Of a DNA stretch of 64,000 nucleotides, positions 62,562-64,000 are shown one piece after another (the first letter of the stretch is position 1; every line of letters starts with the position of its first letter). Origin of the DNA: Firmicutes bacterium CAG:460 (GTDB lineage Bacteria > Bacteroidota > Bacteroidia > Bacteroidales > UBA932); assembly GCA_963624185.1 (NCBI GenBank), contig CAVFNP010000001.1:48491-112490 (forward strand), in the 5' to 3' direction. The notes beneath the pieces are model-generated. The model had not been told where the DNA came from and did no database searches. It worked only from the letters and a program-made list of their open reading frames with translations. The position numbers and the translations under genes were made by a program.

Positions 62562-63669
62562 ATATAGTTTTAATCAAGCAGTTCCATATGAAGCGACCCA
62601 TGTTGGCGAGGTGATCAAGGATGAACTCTCTGCTCGTAATATGAAGCAGAGCGAATTGTCAGAACTCACGGGTATTCAAAAATCAATTCTCAATGATGTC
62701 ATAAAAGGTAAACGTGCTCTTACACCAGAAATGGCATTATTGATAGAAAATGCACTCAACGTTTCTGCGTCATTCCTTATGAATATCCAAACACAATACG
62801 AACTTGACTGCGCAAAACAGAGTGAAAGAGTCGTATTGCAGTTCAAAATGTTGGAGATTTGGAATATTCTCAAGGAACAAGTGAGTGTCCCGTTCTTTAG
62901 AAAGGTAGGTATAATTAAGGGGAACATTATTGAAGATGTAAAACGAGTCTTCGAGGTGTTTGACGTAGATAATTTGGATGATTTCTTTGGATTGAAAGCT
63001 AAGGAAATGGAGTTGCCATATTATTACCGCAAATCTGAGAAGGTTACTACCGATCCAGTTGATATTTTATCGTGGAAATATTATTGCTATTATCTTTCTA
63101 GACAAGATAATTCTTCCATAGTTACCTTTAAAAATGATAATGCAGAAGCGTTAATCAAAGAATTAAATACGGTTTTCAAGGAAAACTCTGGGACAGTCAA
63201 AAAAACTGGAGATGTGCTAAATAAATATGGCATACGGTTTATGGTTGTCAACAAAGTTGGACAAGTCCCTGTAGATGGCATGTCATTTTGGATTGGCGAC
63301 AATCCTACTATTGTCGTCACAGAGCGCATTGCATCCATCGACAATTTTGCCTTTACAATATTACACGAGGTTGGGCATGTCTACAATCATCTAGTGAAAA
63401 ATGGGAAGGCAATGATTAACCTTCTTGATGAGAAAAAAGATTCTGAGGAATCCGAGGCCGATACTTTTGCCCTAAATGCCGTAGTCCCAAATGTGGATTG
63501 GAAGAAGTTCTTGGCAAAGACCCGTAATGTCGTTCCTTACAGAATTGCTCCATACATCAAAGAGGAAGCGGATAAGTTTGGAGTTAATCCCCAGGTCCTC
63601 TTTGGTAGATATAAACACGACATCGGCATATACAAAATCAAGAACTACTTCGAAACTAAAATTATGTAG
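62554..63669 (+). CDS. HigA-type XRE HTH antitoxin fused to an ImmA/IrrE-family zinc metallopeptidase domain
   Basis: The N-terminus HVGEVIKDELSARNMKQSELSELTGIQKSILNDVIKGKRALTPEMALLIENAL fits a HigA HTH. The C-terminal HExxH appears as FTILHEVGHVYNH, followed by ESEADTFALN as in ImmA/IrrE (COG2856). Confidence 0.75.
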   Translation: MTKYSFNQAVPYEATHVGEVIKDELSARNMKQSELSELTGIQKSILNDVIKGKRALTPEMALLIENALNVSASFLMNIQTQYELDCAKQSERVVLQFKMLEIWNILKEQVSVPFFRKVGIIKGNIIEDVKRVFEVFDVDNLDDFFGLKAKEMELPYYYRKSEKVTTDPVDILSWKYYCYYLSRQDNSSIVTFKNDNAEALIKELNTVFKENSGTVKKTGDVLNKYGIRFMVVNKVGQVPVDGMSFWIGDNPTIVVTERIASIDNFAFTILHEVGHVYNHLVKNGKAMINLLDEKKDSEESEADTFALNAVVPNVDWKKFLAKTRNVVPYRIAPYIKEEADKFGVNPQVLFGRYKHDIGIYKIKNYFETKIM

Positions 63670-63753
63670 CCGACTTAATGAACAGCCCACTATTTACATC
63701 ACTAATTGGCGGTCTGTTTCAGAAAGTACAGATAGGTTTCTTCCGTGTCTTCT

Positions 63754-63908
63754 TCTCAAAAGTTCCCAAAACCATTTTTAGATTCTTTTAGATTTTATCC
63801 TTGTAAGTTATTTTATTTCAGTAAGTTACAAGAAGCCTTCCCAAAAGTTCCCAAAATGTCGGACTTAGATTTTCTTAGATTCGTCCTGTAGTACAGTCTG
63901 TAGTATAG
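63754..63908. repeat. Repeat-dense non-coding segment: 2x 15-mer CAAAAGTTCCCAAAA, 4x TTAGATT, 2x GTAAGTTA, tandem TGTAGTA(C/T)AG
   Basis: 15-mers at 63757-63771 and 63842-63856. TTAGATT at 63778, 63788, 63865 and 63875, in pairs phased 10 bp apart. GTAAGTTA at 63803 and 63821. TGTAGTACAG at 63887 and TGTAGTATAG at 63899. Confidence 0.85.
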
Positions 63909-63925
63909 AATAAAATCCGGAAATC

Positions 63926-64000
63926 CTACCAGAGCGTAACACCGAGCACCTGCGAGATGCGCTTTAGAGAGAAGAGAGTGGTGGGCTTTCCTTTCTCTAT
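63926..64000 (-). CDS. 3' end of a minus-strand gene, possibly an XRE-type HTH protein (partial, continues beyond the window)
   Basis: The minus-strand frame reads ...IEKGKPTTLFSLKRISQVLGVTLW* with the stop at 63926-63928. This resembles the second half of an XRE HTH. Only 24 codons are visible. Confidence 0.3.
   Translation of the reverse strand: MEKGKPTTLFSLKRISQVLGVTLW

Larger units (their letters stand above)
58493..64000. mobile_element. Integrated mobile or phage-like element, left portion (right end beyond the window)
   Basis: A tyrosine integrase gene lies immediately after the secA terminator. It is followed by small orphan genes, a Bro-N gene remnant, a toxin-antitoxin/ImmA module and a repeat-dense non-coding segment. 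G+C is lower: 40% in the HigA line I counted and 17% in the intergenic line 62161-62220. Confidence 0.55.

Noticed and set aside
1-64000. Search for CRISPR arrays, rRNA genes, transposases/IS elements, reverse transcriptases and riboswitch-like leaders
   Set aside because: I saw no regularly spaced repeat-spacer array, no rRNA-like sequence, and no DDE transposase or RT motifs in any ORF. The intergenic regions are mostly too short for riboswitches, and the longer ones are discussed individually.

Overview
This window is a chromosomal segment from a Bacteroidales-type genome. Supporting signs are a SusC/SusD pair, many lipoprotein signals ending in Cys, and TAnnTTTG -7 promoter boxes. I saw no rRNA, CRISPR array or transposase.

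Layout, left to right:
1. nt 1-27000: a long, tightly packed plus-strand polysaccharide-utilisation locus (PUL). It holds the SusC 3' end, SusD, two paralogous surface lipoproteins, a GH20 hexosaminidase and three exported proteins I cannot place in a family. These are followed by an MFS sugar permease, nagA and nagB. Next comes an unusual redox block: four exported Gfo/Idh/MocA-type proteins, a signal-less ApbE flavin transferase and a 77-aa membrane protein. The locus ends with kdgK-eda-uxuA and an SDR-type mannonate oxidoreductase.
2. nt 27000-31230: a repeat-containing lipoprotein, mgsA and small genes.
3. nt 31143-33348: a ~2.1 kb AT-rich insertion bounded by perfect 69-bp direct repeats that duplicate the 3' end of the neighbouring gene. 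It carries a HepT/MntA toxin-antitoxin pair and two unknown envelope proteins. A partial third repeat copy splits it into two cassettes.
4. nt 33355-48300: housekeeping genes. These are nifJ/PFOR, fabD, a DNPH1-like gene, a ZIP transporter, an ECF sigma operon, a P-type ATPase, an AraC regulator, cdd, tRNA-Arg(CCG) and tRNA-Gly(CCC).
5. nt 48321-54955: a teichoic-acid-like glycopolymer locus (YfhO, GT2, TagF-like, LicD, Wzx).
6. nt 55034-58315: secA.
7. nt ~58500-64000: the left part of an integrated element. It has a tyrosine integrase, small unknown genes, a frameshifted Bro-N gene, HigB with a HigA-ImmA fusion, and a repeat-dense non-coding end.

The most interesting candidates are the redox/ApbE module inside the PUL, the three unassigned exported PUL proteins, and the repeat-flanked cassette insertion. 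All family names come from reading the translations by eye. No database search was run.
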